Positions 19,292-29,069 of a DNA stretch of 64,000 nt are shown here, one piece after another. How positions within the stretch are numbered: position 1 is the first letter of the stretch; each line of letters opens with the position of its first letter. The notes under the pieces are model-generated. The model searched no databases. It saw only the letters and a list, made by a program, of their open reading frames with translations, and was not told the DNA's origin. Origin of the DNA: Nitrosopumilaceae archaeon (GTDB lineage: Archaea > Thermoproteota > Nitrososphaeria > Nitrososphaerales > Nitrosopumilaceae); assembly GCA_965203465.1 (NCBI GenBank), contig CBDBCR010000001.1, forward strand, positions 384,001 through 448,000, in the 5' to 3' direction. Both the position numbers and the translations under genes were made by a program.

Positions 19292-19861
19292 ATCGACGTT
19301 TTATCCCGCAATTCTTGTAGCGCACATCCAGTCCGGGCCGCCTAACGCATACGCCAATCTTGCCCGGCAAGACTGCATGCAGCCTCGGCCGGCGGCGCGG
19401 CCAGGCAACACGGCGGGCCGCCCTTGCCCGCGGCGGCACCGGCTAGCGCAGGGCGGCTTTGCGGGCAGCCTGCGCGCTACTGCAGAGCCGCGCTCCAACC
19501 GCGCCCGCGGCGGCACCGTCTCCGATTCGTGGGAGTCCGCGGTTAGGCGCGGCCGGAAGCATGCAGTATCCGCCTGCCAGGATCTCCTACCCGGGCCAAC
19601 CCGGGACGGGCCGGATCTTCCCGGCCTCGGGCGCGAGATCGCGCGCTGCAGGATACGGGCGGCCGCGGCGCAAGGCCGGAGCCGAACCGGCAGGCGCAGA
19701 TTGCGCGCTACCGGCAAAAGGGCGCGAGTTCGCGGCCCGTCACCCCGCCCTGGCCGGGATCGGGCCCTGCCTCGGGGCGCACCTGCCCGCGAACTGGAAG
19801 CCGAGCCCCCGATGGCGGCCCTGAGTAATGTATATATCGCAGGCGCGGGCGGGCGGGGGTA

Positions 19862-20131
19862 ATGACCCCTATCGTAGGAACGTTCCTAAACGTCCTCTCG
19901 GCCCTGACGGGCCAGCTGGGTCCCAACTACGACCCGCTCTTCTACGATGTCATGATTTACATATTCGGAACCATGATGTTCGTAGTCTTCCTACTGGGCA
20001 TCATTGCGTTTTGGCTCCGCGTCCACGGCTGGTCCTACAAGGACAACCGTGAGAAGTGGGTCGACGAGCTCGACAAGCACTTTGAAAGGGAAGGCATCGG
20101 CCTCATCCCCGACAACGGCAAGTACTGGTAG
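19862..20131 (+). CDS. Small single-TM protein, probable additional AMO subunit (AmoY-like)
   Basis: Two genes from amoB; strong TATA; amo-like codon use (ATC for Ile); same 3' motif as amoA/B/C. Confidence 0.6.
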   Translation: MTPIVGTFLNVLSALTGQLGPNYDPLFYDVMIYIFGTMMFVVFLLGIIAFWLRVHGWSYKDNREKWVDELDKHFEREGIGLIPDNGKYW

Positions 20132-20284
20132 GAACCATTTTTTCATTCTCGGCGCGGCCCGCGGGCCCGCCAAATTTTTGCGCGCCGGGGCGCGGGCGCC
20201 TATTCTGACGGTCGCGCAGGATTTGGCCCCCGCCTGCGCGGGGGCGGAATTTTCAACGCCCGCCCGGACGAATCTGCCGCCGGC

Positions 20285-20809
20285 CTACAGGTCGGGCGGA
20301 AGGAAGTCGCTGTCGCTGCTGCTGTCGTAGGCCTTTGAGACGAACTCGGCCTTGTAGGACGCCCCGTCTATGAGCTCGTGGTTGATGAACTTGTCCGACT
20401 CGCGGCCGTCCACCAGGATCCTGGACTTTGACTGCTCCATGTCCCTTATCGGAAACTCCCACATCCACAGAAAGTGGCCTATCTCGAACGGGTACTCTTC
20501 TGTCCATTCGGCGTACACGGTGCCGCTCGAATCTATCGTGTACATCGATCTCTGGCAGCCGCCCTCCTCAAAGCCCACCCTAGCGGGTATCTCGGCCTCG
20601 GCGCCGTCCACGTACAGCTCGAGGCTGGCGGAGACCGAGTACCTCGTGTCCCTTTCGTTGATGCACGACTTTAGCGGATCGTTCTGGGCCCACTGGCCCT
20701 GGATCAGGCTGCTGGCCACCCCCACCGATATGGCTATGATGCCGGTCAGCAGCAGGAACTTTAGCGTCTTTTTCCTCTTTGTGGGATCGCCCATGCCCGG
20801 CCAGATCAT
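20285..20809 (-). CDS. Membrane-anchored hypothetical protein next to amoB
   Basis: Basic N-terminus plus one TM, then a soluble domain with two Cys; alternative start at 20794. Confidence 0.75.
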   Translation of the reverse strand: MIWPGMGDPTKRKKTLKFLLLTGIIAISVGVASSLIQGQWAQNDPLKSCINERDTRYSVSASLELYVDGAEAEIPARVGFEEGGCQRSMYTIDSSGTVYAEWTEEYPFEIGHFLWMWEFPIRDMEQSKSRILVDGRESDKFINHELIDGASYKAEFVSKAYDSSSDSDFLPPDL

Positions 20810-21083
20810 GTACGGGGGCCGGGGCCGGTTTCCATAAAGTCTTTTGGATCGAGCGGCCGCCGGCTTTTTTCGGCCCGCGCCCGAGCGCGCCGCGTATCTT
20901 TAAGCCGGTACCCGTCTAGCGGCCCGCAGCTTTGCGGCGCGCCCTAGATCCCGCGATCGCCGCGCACGAACGCTTACTCCTACAGCGCGCAGCGGCGATC
21001 GAAGCCTCGCTGCCGGAAAGCGCGGCGCGCGCACCCGCGGCCGGCCCGGCGCGCGGGCGGTTAAAATGAAAAAGGGGGTTTGG

Positions 21084-21656
21084 CTATATTACCTGCCAGG
21101 GCCTGGTGGCGAAAGTGATCACGTAGCCGACGCCGATGATGATCGACTGGTACGCTATGTTGGTGTACGGAATGGGCTTTATGATCGGCTCGCCTTCCAC
21201 CACGACCGTCTGGCCAGGACCGAGCCCCGGGCCTACCGAGGCTACGTTGAGCTGGGTGTGGACGTGGTAGACGCCTTCCTCGAGCGCCTTTGCAGAGATC
21301 GAGTAGGGGCGGACTTCGTTTCCTCCGATGTCAAAGACGTTGCCGGGCGGATCCCTGGCGAGGATCTCCCACCTGTTGCCCGCGTTGGTAGATTCCGAAA
21401 AGATGGATATCCATCCCCTCAGGTTCCTCTCGACCAAGCTGACGAGCTGGCCGTTGAGGGTCAGCGTCTCGCCGGTCTGGAGCGACTGCCTGTTAAACGT
21501 CTCGTTTTCGATCTTTATGAAGCGGCTCTGCAGTTGGGCCTGGACACCGTGGGCGTCTGCCGAAGGCACGATGGTCTCAACCCAGTTGAAACCGAGCGTG
21601 CCTAGCGCCAGAACGGCCGCGATCCCGGCCACGATAATTTTGTTGGTCTTTACCAT
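21084..21656 (-). CDS. amoB: Ammonia monooxygenase subunit B (archaeal)
   Basis: Signal peptide then AHGVQAQLQSRF, YHVHTQLNV, C-terminal TM TRPWQVI. Confidence 0.97.
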   Translation of the reverse strand: MVKTNKIIVAGIAAVLALGTLGFNWVETIVPSADAHGVQAQLQSRFIKIENETFNRQSLQTGETLTLNGQLVSLVERNLRGWISIFSESTNAGNRWEILARDPPGNVFDIGGNEVRPYSISAKALEEGVYHVHTQLNVASVGPGLGPGQTVVVEGEPIIKPIPYTNIAYQSIIIGVGYVITFATRPWQVI

Positions 21657-21986
21657 GCTAATCCCTTGGGGCGACGGCCGGCGCCTGTCGTTATATGTTT
21701 TGCCTTGGCCGCTTCCCCGGCGCGGGCGTCCAGCCTGGGCGGCGCCCGGCGCGCCCAAAGGCCGGCGGGGCATGCCGCTTCCAGTAGCCGGGCGTGCAAA
21801 ATCAACATCGATGTTCAACATCGCTCCTGCTTGACAGGGGGCAAAAATAATCCCAAAACTTGCCGGCCTTGAATGCATATTTTGCGTCGTATGGGGCCCG
21901 TATATCTGTATAATAGAAATAAAGGCCTGTTTTTCCTACCGAAAGAGCCTCTAGCTTTATATCCAGAACTCACGTCTCCGTGCCAA

Positions 21987-22550
21987 ATGGCACAAATGCC
22001 CGCACTGATCCCCAAAGAGGTCGAGATCCAGAGGCTCAAGAAGATCTGGCTCATCGTCATCGCAATGGGATCTACCGCAGCGTCTGTCGAGGTTGACAAC
22101 TTCGTAGACGGCTCCCTGCACCAGACTTCCATCAGGGATAGCGCGTTCACGCCGGCACACTGGTGGCTCTACTCTCACTTCGTAGCGCTGCCTCTGGGCT
22201 GGGGTTCCGTGGCTATCTATGACAGGAAGGTGCCCGTGCTCAGGGGCCCCAACAACTCGATGAACACCGGCCTAAAGATGACCATACTCGGTTATCTTGC
22301 GACCATGTTCACGATCGGGGTCAACGAGATGTGGCACTTTTGGTTCGTAGAGGAGATATTCGCGGTTCCAAACCACTGGATGTTCAACATGGGCGTCGTC
22401 GTGGCGTTCATGGGAGCCTTGGCCTACGTGGTCAGGGTCTACGCCAGGCTCGTAGAGCTGGGCGCGGAGACACCCGGCGAAAACCCCTATGTCGCGGAAA
22501 TGTACAAGATGGCCCTAGAGGGCAAGCTGTACAGCCGCGCCATACCCTAG
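21987..22550 (+). CDS. amoC: Ammonia monooxygenase subunit C (archaeal)
   Basis: MAQMPALIPKEVEIQRL, VDGSLHQTSIRDSAFTPAHWWLYSHF, NEMWHFWFVEEIF. Confidence 0.98.
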   Translation: MAQMPALIPKEVEIQRLKKIWLIVIAMGSTAASVEVDNFVDGSLHQTSIRDSAFTPAHWWLYSHFVALPLGWGSVAIYDRKVPVLRGPNNSMNTGLKMTILGYLATMFTIGVNEMWHFWFVEEIFAVPNHWMFNMGVVVAFMGALAYVVRVYARLVELGAETPGENPYVAEMYKMALEGKLYSRAIP

Positions 22551-22573
22551 GCGGAACCGCCTTTTTTCATTTT
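22551..22573 (+). terminator. amoC hairpin plus oligo-T terminator
   Basis: GCGG-AA-CCGC hairpin followed by TTTTTTCATTTT. Confidence 0.6.
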
Positions 22574-22634
22574 ACATGGCGCCTTAGGGGCCGCGCTTCG
22601 TGGATTTATTTACCTCGCCCCGAGGGGGGCGGCC

Positions 22635-23072
22635 GTGCGGTTCCCGTCCGAGTACCTTAGGCTGAACCGGAACCTGCTGGCCGGCTTCGCCTCGTCGTTC
22701 ACCATATCGTCGCTGGTGGCCCAGTCGCTCTCGGATCAGGAGCACCACGCCAACGCCAGCTACACGCTGGCGGCCGACTACGCCGTGTTCTTCGGGGTGT
22801 TCGGCGGCCTCACGTACTTTTGCAACCGGCGCAAGTACGGCAGGGGCGGGATGGAGCGCGGCAGGCTCCGGCAGCACCTGGCGCGGTTCATCGGATCTTT
22901 GGGGGTCGGCGAGGTGGCCTATTCCATCTCGCGCTGGGCGCTCCACTATTACTTTCTGGAGGCAGGGTACGACCCCTACGCGGCGTCGCTGACGGCGCAC
23001 GCCGCCTCGTCGGCCATCTATTTCACGGTGGTGAACCTGAGCATGCGCGCGACGCGGGCGTACAGGCAGTAG
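22635..23072 (+). CDS. GtrA-like membrane protein
   Basis: Four hydrophobic helices in ~145 aa; TATA at 22605-22611. Confidence 0.65.
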   Translation: MRFPSEYLRLNRNLLAGFASSFTISSLVAQSLSDQEHHANASYTLAADYAVFFGVFGGLTYFCNRRKYGRGGMERGRLRQHLARFIGSLGVGEVAYSISRWALHYYFLEAGYDPYAASLTAHAASSAIYFTVVNLSMRATRAYRQ

Positions 23073-23443
23073 CGCCGGCCCGCGCTTTCCGGCGTGAAAA
23101 ACAAAAAAGAACGGATAAAGATCGGCTTGGCAGGGCCGTTCATGTCGTGGACCGCGTTGGACATAGGCGCCGGAATAAAGTGGCCCGCGAGGCCGGCAGG
23201 GATAACAAGGCGGCGCCGGATTCCCCGGGAGTCTCAACGGGAGTCGCAAAAAGAGACTAGCGAGATGACGGCAAAGTCGACGGACAGGATGTCAGAATCG
23301 AGACAACACCGCAAAGCTGCTAGAGCGCGTGCTAAAGAACGCCGGCGCGGCCCGGCCGGTTTTCGGCCGGGGGCTGCGGACAAAAAGGGGCCGCGCCCCG
23401 GCAGCCGGCGTAGGTTTATTATGCAAAATCGGAGGGCTCCGGC

Positions 23444-25525
23444 GTGGCGTCCGTGTTCCTCTCGCCCCGCTCGATAGCGGTGATCGGAGCATCGGACCGG
23501 CCCGGCAGCGTGGGGGCCACCATAACCAACAACCTGATCAAGAGCTTCAAGGGGAAGATACTGCCCATAAGCCCCACGCGCGACACGGTCTTCGGCAAAA
23601 AGGCGTACAAGAGCGTGCTCGAGGCGCCCGGCAGGATAGACCTCGCCGTCATCGTCATACGCAACACGCTCGTGGCCCAGGCGCTCGACGAGTGCGGCAG
23701 AAAAGGCGTGGGCGGCGCGGTCATAATCACGGCCGGCTTCAAGGAGGTAGACGAGGAGGGCGCGCGCCGCGAGGCGCAGCTGCGCGAGATCGCCGAAAAG
23801 TACGGCATCGACGTGATCGGGCCAAACTGCCTGGGCGTGATGAACCTCGATCCCAAGACCATGATGAACTCTACGTTCCTGAAGGTCACGCCAAAGGCGG
23901 GCAAGATAGCGCTCGTATCGCAGAGCGGGGCCATATGCGCGGCGCTCGTCGAGGACGCGAGCGCGCAGGGGATAGGGTTCTCGGCCGTGGTGAGCATGGG
24001 CAACAAGGCGGCCATGAGCGAGGTCGACGTGCTCGAGATGCTCGCGGAGCACCGGCAGACCGAGGTCATAGTGATGTACCTGGAGGACATGGGCGACGGC
24101 AGGGAGTTCATGCGCGTGTGCAAAAAGCTGACGCGCGAGCTCAAAAAGCCGGTGCTCGTCCTAAAGTCGGGGCGCAGCCCAGAGGGCGCCAAGGCCGCCA
24201 TGTCGCACACCGGGGCCCTGATGGGCTCGGACGAGATCTACGACGCGCTGCTGCGCCAGTCCGGCGCCATCAGGGTGGACACCATGGAGGAGCTGTTCGA
24301 CTACGCGACCGCCTTTTCAAAGCAGCCGCTCCCGCGCGACGGCCTCGCGATCGTCTCCAACGCGGGCGGGCCGGCCATAATCTCGACGGACGCCTGCTCG
24401 CGCATGGGCATAAAGATGGCCGACATCTCGTCGGTGCGCAAAAAAATAGACGCGGTGATACCGCCGTGGGGCAGCTCGCGCAACCCGGTCGACATAGTGG
24501 GCGACGCCGACTATGCGCGCTTCGAGGGGGTGCTCGGCCACGTGCTCTCGCACAAGAACGTCGGCTCGGTGATCGTCATGTGCACGCCGTCGGGGACGCT
24601 GGACTACGACGGCCTCGCGCGAGTGGTGGTAAAGGCCTCCAAAAAGCACCGCAAGACCGTACTTGCGAGCCTCATGGGCCTCGACGAGGGCACGACGAAC
24701 AGGCAGATACTGGCAGAGGGCAGCGTGCCCTACTACACGTACGCGGAGGGGGCCATACGGGCCCTCTCGGCGATGCTGAGGTTCTCGGAGTGGTCGGGCC
24801 TGCCGGCGGGCAGGCCCAGAAAGTTCAAGGCCGACAAAAAGGCGGCGCTGGAGATAATCGCGGGAGCGCGCGCGCAGGGGCGCGACGCGCTACTCGAAGA
24901 CGAGGGGCAGCGCGTGCTCAAAGCCTACGGCCTGCCGCTGCCCGAAAGCGGCCTTGCGCGCACCGAAAAGGAGGCCGCCGAGCTTGCGCGCAAGATCGGG
25001 TACCCGGTGGTGCTCAAGGTGTCTTCGCCGCAGATAATACACAAGTCCGACGCGGGCGGCGTCGAGGTCGGCCTGAAATCGGACGCCGAGGTGCGCTCCG
25101 CTTTCCGGAGGATAAAGGCGTGCGCGAAAAAGTTCGACCGCAAGGCCGAGGTGCGCGGCGTCATAGTGTCGGAGATGGTCTCGGGCGGGCGCGAGATGAT
25201 AGTGGGATCAAAGGCCGAGCCGGGCTTCGGGCAGGTGCTGATGCTGGGCATGGGCGGCATATACGTCGAGGCGCTAAAGGACGTCACGTTCCGGCTCGCG
25301 CCGGTCTCGCCGCGCGAGGCCTCCTCGATGGCCCCGTCCCTGCAGGCCTCCAAGCTTCTCTCGGGCGTGCGCGGCGAGGCGCCGTCGGACGAGGCAGCGC
25401 TCTCCGAGTGCGTGCAGCGGCTCTCGCAGCTGGTCTCGGATCTGGACGTGCGCGAGCTGGACATGAACCCAGTGCTGGTGCTCGAAAAGGGCTGTAGGGT
25501 GCTCGACGTCAGGATCGGGATCTGA
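23444..25525 (+). CDS. 4-hydroxybutyrate-CoA ligase (ADP-forming), 3HP/4HB carbon-fixation cycle
   Basis: N-terminal CoA-binding domain (SIAVIGASD..GSVG), GPNCLG, SHTGAL, C-terminal ATP-grasp (HKSDAGGV, ELDMNP); sequence and domain order match the recalled thaumarchaeal 4HB-CoA synthetase. Confidence 0.85.
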   Translation: MASVFLSPRSIAVIGASDRPGSVGATITNNLIKSFKGKILPISPTRDTVFGKKAYKSVLEAPGRIDLAVIVIRNTLVAQALDECGRKGVGGAVIITAGFKEVDEEGARREAQLREIAEKYGIDVIGPNCLGVMNLDPKTMMNSTFLKVTPKAGKIALVSQSGAICAALVEDASAQGIGFSAVVSMGNKAAMSEVDVLEMLAEHRQTEVIVMYLEDMGDGREFMRVCKKLTRELKKPVLVLKSGRSPEGAKAAMSHTGALMGSDEIYDALLRQSGAIRVDTMEELFDYATAFSKQPLPRDGLAIVSNAGGPAIISTDACSRMGIKMADISSVRKKIDAVIPPWGSSRNPVDIVGDADYARFEGVLGHVLSHKNVGSVIVMCTPSGTLDYDGLARVVVKASKKHRKTVLASLMGLDEGTTNRQILAEGSVPYYTYAEGAIRALSAMLRFSEWSGLPAGRPRKFKADKKAALEIIAGARAQGRDALLEDEGQRVLKAYGLPLPESGLARTEKEAAELARKIGYPVVLKVSSPQIIHKSDAGGVEVGLKSDAEVRSAFRRIKACAKKFDRKAEVRGVIVSEMVSGGREMIVGSKAEPGFGQVLMLGMGGIYVEALKDVTFRLAPVSPREASSMAPSLQASKLLSGVRGEAPSDEAALSECVQRLSQLVSDLDVRELDMNPVLVLEKGCRVLDVRIGI

Positions 25526-26380
25526 TTGAACGTTGAACAGATATCGGCGACCTCGGCGTGCGTGCTGATACTGGAGGGCGGGCGGGTGCATTCGAGCCCG
25601 GCCTCGCGCAGGTTCCGCCGCATGCTGGATCTGAATCCGGGGCGGCGCTTTGCAGACGAGTGCACGTCCGCCTGGCCGCACTACGACAAGGTGGTCGTGT
25701 ACCGCAAGTGGAAGATACTCCAGCTTGCGAGGGAGGCGGTGCGCTCCGGCGCTAGGCAAGTCGCGGTCTTTGGCGCCGGCCTCGACGCGCTGTCCGTCGA
25801 GCTTGCCTCGGAGGGCGCGCGCGTCTTTGAAGTCGACGTGGCAAACATGGGCGCAAAGGCGCGCATGCTCGAAAGGCTGGGGCTCTCCGGCAGGGTCTCG
25901 TGCGTCACCGCGGATGTGGCAGACGCGGGTTCGGTGGACGCGGGCCTCGCGGGGAACGGCTGGGATCCCTCCGCGCCGTCGCTGCTGGTCTTCGAGGGGA
26001 TATCGTACTACGTGGAGCCCGATGCGCTGTGGGGGACGGTCCGGCGCCTCTGCAAAAGGGGCCGCGTGATACTAGAGTACTTTTTGCCCCCCTCTGAATT
26101 CGACCCGGCGGTGGCCGGCATCGCGGCCCACCCGTTCAACGTCATATCGCGCGACGCAAAGCTGGAGATACGCAGGTACTCGCGCGCCGAGGTGGCCGGG
26201 CGCGCCGAGGGCCTGGGCGGGCGCATGCTCAGCGCCGACGGCATGCACCAGATAGAGCTCGCGCGCGAGCGGTCCGCCTCGGTCTTTCCCACGCCGGGGA
26301 GCGGGTGGATAGAGGTGTGCTGTTTCGAGATGCGGGGGGCGGGATTCGAACCCGCGGACTCCTCAAAGACAGGGTCCTAA
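25526..26380 (+). CDS. SAM-dependent methyltransferase (leucine carboxyl MTase family)
   Basis: QVAVFGAGLD, FEVD, ADV, EGISYY; 3' end overlaps the antisense tRNA-Leu. Confidence 0.8.
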   Translation: MNVEQISATSACVLILEGGRVHSSPASRRFRRMLDLNPGRRFADECTSAWPHYDKVVVYRKWKILQLAREAVRSGARQVAVFGAGLDALSVELASEGARVFEVDVANMGAKARMLERLGLSGRVSCVTADVADAGSVDAGLAGNGWDPSAPSLLVFEGISYYVEPDALWGTVRRLCKRGRVILEYFLPPSEFDPAVAGIAAHPFNVISRDAKLEIRRYSRAEVAGRAEGLGGRMLSADGMHQIELARERSASVFPTPGSGWIEVCCFEMRGAGFEPADSSKTGS

Positions 26381-26415
26381 GCCCTGCGCCGTTGACCGGG
26401 CTTGGCTACCCCCGC
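26331..26415 (-). tRNA. tRNA-Leu(TAG)
   Basis: GCGGGGG acceptor, CAGGG-CTTAGGA-CCCTG anticodon arm, long variable arm, GGTTCGAATCC. Confidence 0.96.
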
Positions 26416-26577
26416 GCCCGGCGACGGCCGCGGATGCAAGTTAACTGTTGCGGGCGGCCGCAGAATCTGCAGGAAAGATCCAGGCGCTTGCCGGCAACGC
26501 CCGCCGGCGCCCGGATCCCGCGGGAATCCTACGGCCCAGCCGTTGCATTTTTTTAGCCGGCCGCCCGCCCCGCGCCG

Positions 26578-26958
26578 TTGAGGGATTCCGAGACGTTCGG
26601 CGTGGAGAGCGGCAGGCAGGACGTCATAGACTGGCTCAACGAGACGGCGCGCTCGGAGGGATCCAAGTTCGAGGCGCGCCTGTACGGGCAGACGGTAAAG
26701 ACGGCCAACTTTGGCGACTTTGACCTCTTTTCGTGGATGGGCGACGTAAAGCAGGCGAGGCGGCTGGTGCAGCGCGCCGGAAAGCGCTTCCGCGTGAGGA
26801 CCGTCGAGGGCGGCTACAAGCCCAAGGAGCGCACCTTCGGCCTCTCCCGGCGGGACTACGCGATGGTGCGCAGGGGCGGCAAGGTAGTCGGCAGGCTGCT
26901 ATTCGAGGCGCCGCGCATCGGCGGCAGCTGGCGCGTGGCCGGGGAAGAGCGCGCATGA
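26578..26958 (+). CDS. Hypothetical protein
   Basis: Clean ORF, TTG start after a T-rich box, ATGA-coupled to the next gene. Confidence 0.7.
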   Translation: MRDSETFGVESGRQDVIDWLNETARSEGSKFEARLYGQTVKTANFGDFDLFSWMGDVKQARRLVQRAGKRFRVRTVEGGYKPKERTFGLSRRDYAMVRRGGKVVGRLLFEAPRIGGSWRVAGEERA

Positions 26959-27809
26959 TAGGGCTGGTGGGCACCGGCATGCTGGGCCTGGCGGTAGGGC
27001 AGCGCCTGCTCGAATCCGGATACCCGCTGCAGGCGTACAACAGGACGCGCTCAAAGGCCGAGCGGCTGCGCGGCGCCCGGATCTGCGGCTCGCCGGCCGA
27101 GGCCGCGCGCGGCGCGGACCTGACCATAACGGCGGTGACCGACTCGGACGCGCTAGACGAGGTGGCGCTCGGCCCGAGCGGCATAGCGTCGGCCGCCGGC
27201 GGCTCGGCGGTGCTGGACATCAGCACCGTGGATCCGGCAAGGGAGCGGGCCCTCGCCGAAAAGCTGGCCGGCGCCGGATGCGGGCTAGTCGAGGGGCCGG
27301 TCATGGGCGGGCCCGACGCGGCGCTCGAGGGGCGCCTCGTCATGATGGCGTCCGGGCCGCGGGATCTCGTCGAACGGCACAGGGGCGTGCTCGGCTCGGT
27401 GGCATCCGAAATAATATACCTGGGCCCGAGCGGCTCGGCGCACGCCGTAAAGCTCGCGATGAACATGCAGATCGCCTCGCTCGCCATATCCCTATCGGAG
27501 GGCATGGAGCTGGTCCGCGCGTCCGGCATAGACCCGGAAAAGTTCCTGCAGGTGCTCAACGCGACGTACTTTGCCACCGGCATGAGCCGCAAAAAGGCCT
27601 ACCGCATGGCCCGCTCCGAGTACCCGGCCACGTTCACGCTGGCAAACCTCGCAAAGGATCTGGGCCTTGCGTGCGGGCACGCCGGCTCGGTGAACGCGGA
27701 CGTGCCGGCCGCCGAGCTTGCGCGCAAGCTGTACTCGGAGGCCGCCGCCGGGGGCCTCGGGGACCTGGACTACACGGGCATACGCGAGCGGCTGCGGGGC
27801 AACGCCTAA
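26955..27809 (+). CDS. NAD(P)-dependent 3-hydroxyisobutyrate/6-phosphogluconate dehydrogenase family protein
   Basis: GLVGTGMLG, YNRT, DISTV, PVMGG, KLAMN, KDL. Confidence 0.88.
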   Translation: MIGLVGTGMLGLAVGQRLLESGYPLQAYNRTRSKAERLRGARICGSPAEAARGADLTITAVTDSDALDEVALGPSGIASAAGGSAVLDISTVDPARERALAEKLAGAGCGLVEGPVMGGPDAALEGRLVMMASGPRDLVERHRGVLGSVASEIIYLGPSGSAHAVKLAMNMQIASLAISLSEGMELVRASGIDPEKFLQVLNATYFATGMSRKKAYRMARSEYPATFTLANLAKDLGLACGHAGSVNADVPAAELARKLYSEAAAGGLGDLDYTGIRERLRGNA

Positions 27810-27833
27810 ATCAAGAGCCCCCCGCCCGGCCCC

Positions 27834-29069
27834 GTGGAGCTGCCGCGCGGCATGAGGGACATTTCCGGCGCCGAGCTGCGCGGCATCGAGCTTGTCCGGG
27901 GGCAGTTCATGCGCCTCGCCGGACTGTACGGCTACGACTTTGTGGATCCGTCGCCCATCGAATCCCTGAAGGTGCTGGAGGCAAAGTCGGGCCCGTCCAT
28001 ACGCGACGACATATACGCTTTCCAGGACAAGGGCGGCAGGGAAGTTGGGCTGCGCTTCGACTTTACCGTCGGCCTGATGCGGCACGCGGCAGCTCAGCGC
28101 TCCATGCCGCTGCCCGCAAAGCTCGCGTCGTTTGGCGGCGTGTTCCGCTACGACGAGCCGCAGCGCGGCAGGTACCGGTATTTCCACCAGTGGAACGTCG
28201 AGGCGTACGGGCCGTCGGGGCCGGCCGTCGACGCAGAGCTTGCCGAGTTTACGTACGGCATGCTCGACGGCCTCGGCCTGCGCGGCGTCTCTTTGCGGCT
28301 GAATCACCGCGGTTTGGTGGAGGCGCTGCTGACAAAGACGGTGCGGCGCTGCACGCCTCCGATGCTGCGCGCCATGGACCGGCTGCAAAAGCGCCCGCGC
28401 GAGCAGCTCGTATCCGAGCTCGCATCGGCCGGCATCGAGCGCCGAGAGGCCGAACAGGTGCTGGATCTTGCGTCGGTCTCGGGCACTGTAGATACCGTAG
28501 AGTCAAAACTACCGGTCTCGGATCTGGAGCCATGGGGGGATCTGCGCGAGGTGCTAGGCATGCTGGAGGAGCGCGGCGTGCCCGCAGAGGCGGACTTGGG
28601 GATAGTGCGCGGTTTGGACTACTATTCGGGCATAGTGTTCGAGGCCTACGCGGGAAGCAAGGACGCCCTAGCCGGCGGCGGCAGGTACGACAAGCTGGCA
28701 GCGGCAATGGGCAGGGAAGACCTGGGCGCTGCCGGCGCCGCCGGCGGCGTGGAGCGCACCGTCCTGGCCATGGCCGAGCAGAACCTCCTCAAAGAGCCGG
28801 GCCCGCGCGGAACCCGGATAATATACGCAGACGGCATGCAGAAAGAGGCGCTGCTGCTGGCCTCAAAGCTGCGCTCCCGCGGCGTGCAGGCCACCGCCGA
28901 CCTTTCCGCAAAGTCGTTCAAGAAGCAGTTCGAGGCCGCGCGCTCCGCGTCCAGATACGCGGTGATTCTGGAAAAAGGCTCCGTCTCCGTGAGGGATCTG
29001 GAATCCAGGGCGCAGCGGCAGGTCAGCGCGGAGGACCTGCTTGCGGATCCCCGGAAATACCTCCCATGA
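27834..29069 (+). CDS. hisS: Histidyl-tRNA synthetase
   Basis: PRGMRD, LRFDFT, FRYDEPQRGRYRYF.Q, RGLDYYSG, GGGRYD. Confidence 0.96.
   Translation: MELPRGMRDISGAELRGIELVRGQFMRLAGLYGYDFVDPSPIESLKVLEAKSGPSIRDDIYAFQDKGGREVGLRFDFTVGLMRHAAAQRSMPLPAKLASFGGVFRYDEPQRGRYRYFHQWNVEAYGPSGPAVDAELAEFTYGMLDGLGLRGVSLRLNHRGLVEALLTKTVRRCTPPMLRAMDRLQKRPREQLVSELASAGIERREAEQVLDLASVSGTVDTVESKLPVSDLEPWGDLREVLGMLEERGVPAEADLGIVRGLDYYSGIVFEAYAGSKDALAGGGRYDKLAAAMGREDLGAAGAAGGVERTVLAMAEQNLLKEPGPRGTRIIYADGMQKEALLLASKLRSRGVQATADLSAKSFKKQFEAARSASRYAVILEKGSVSVRDLESRAQRQVSAEDLLADPRKYLP

Noticed and set aside
19320-19825. Gene or IS element in a GC-rich gap
   Set aside because: No credible ORF, terminal inverted repeats or transposase motifs
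23073-23400. RNase P, SRP or 5S RNA
   Set aside because: No conserved signatures found on either strand
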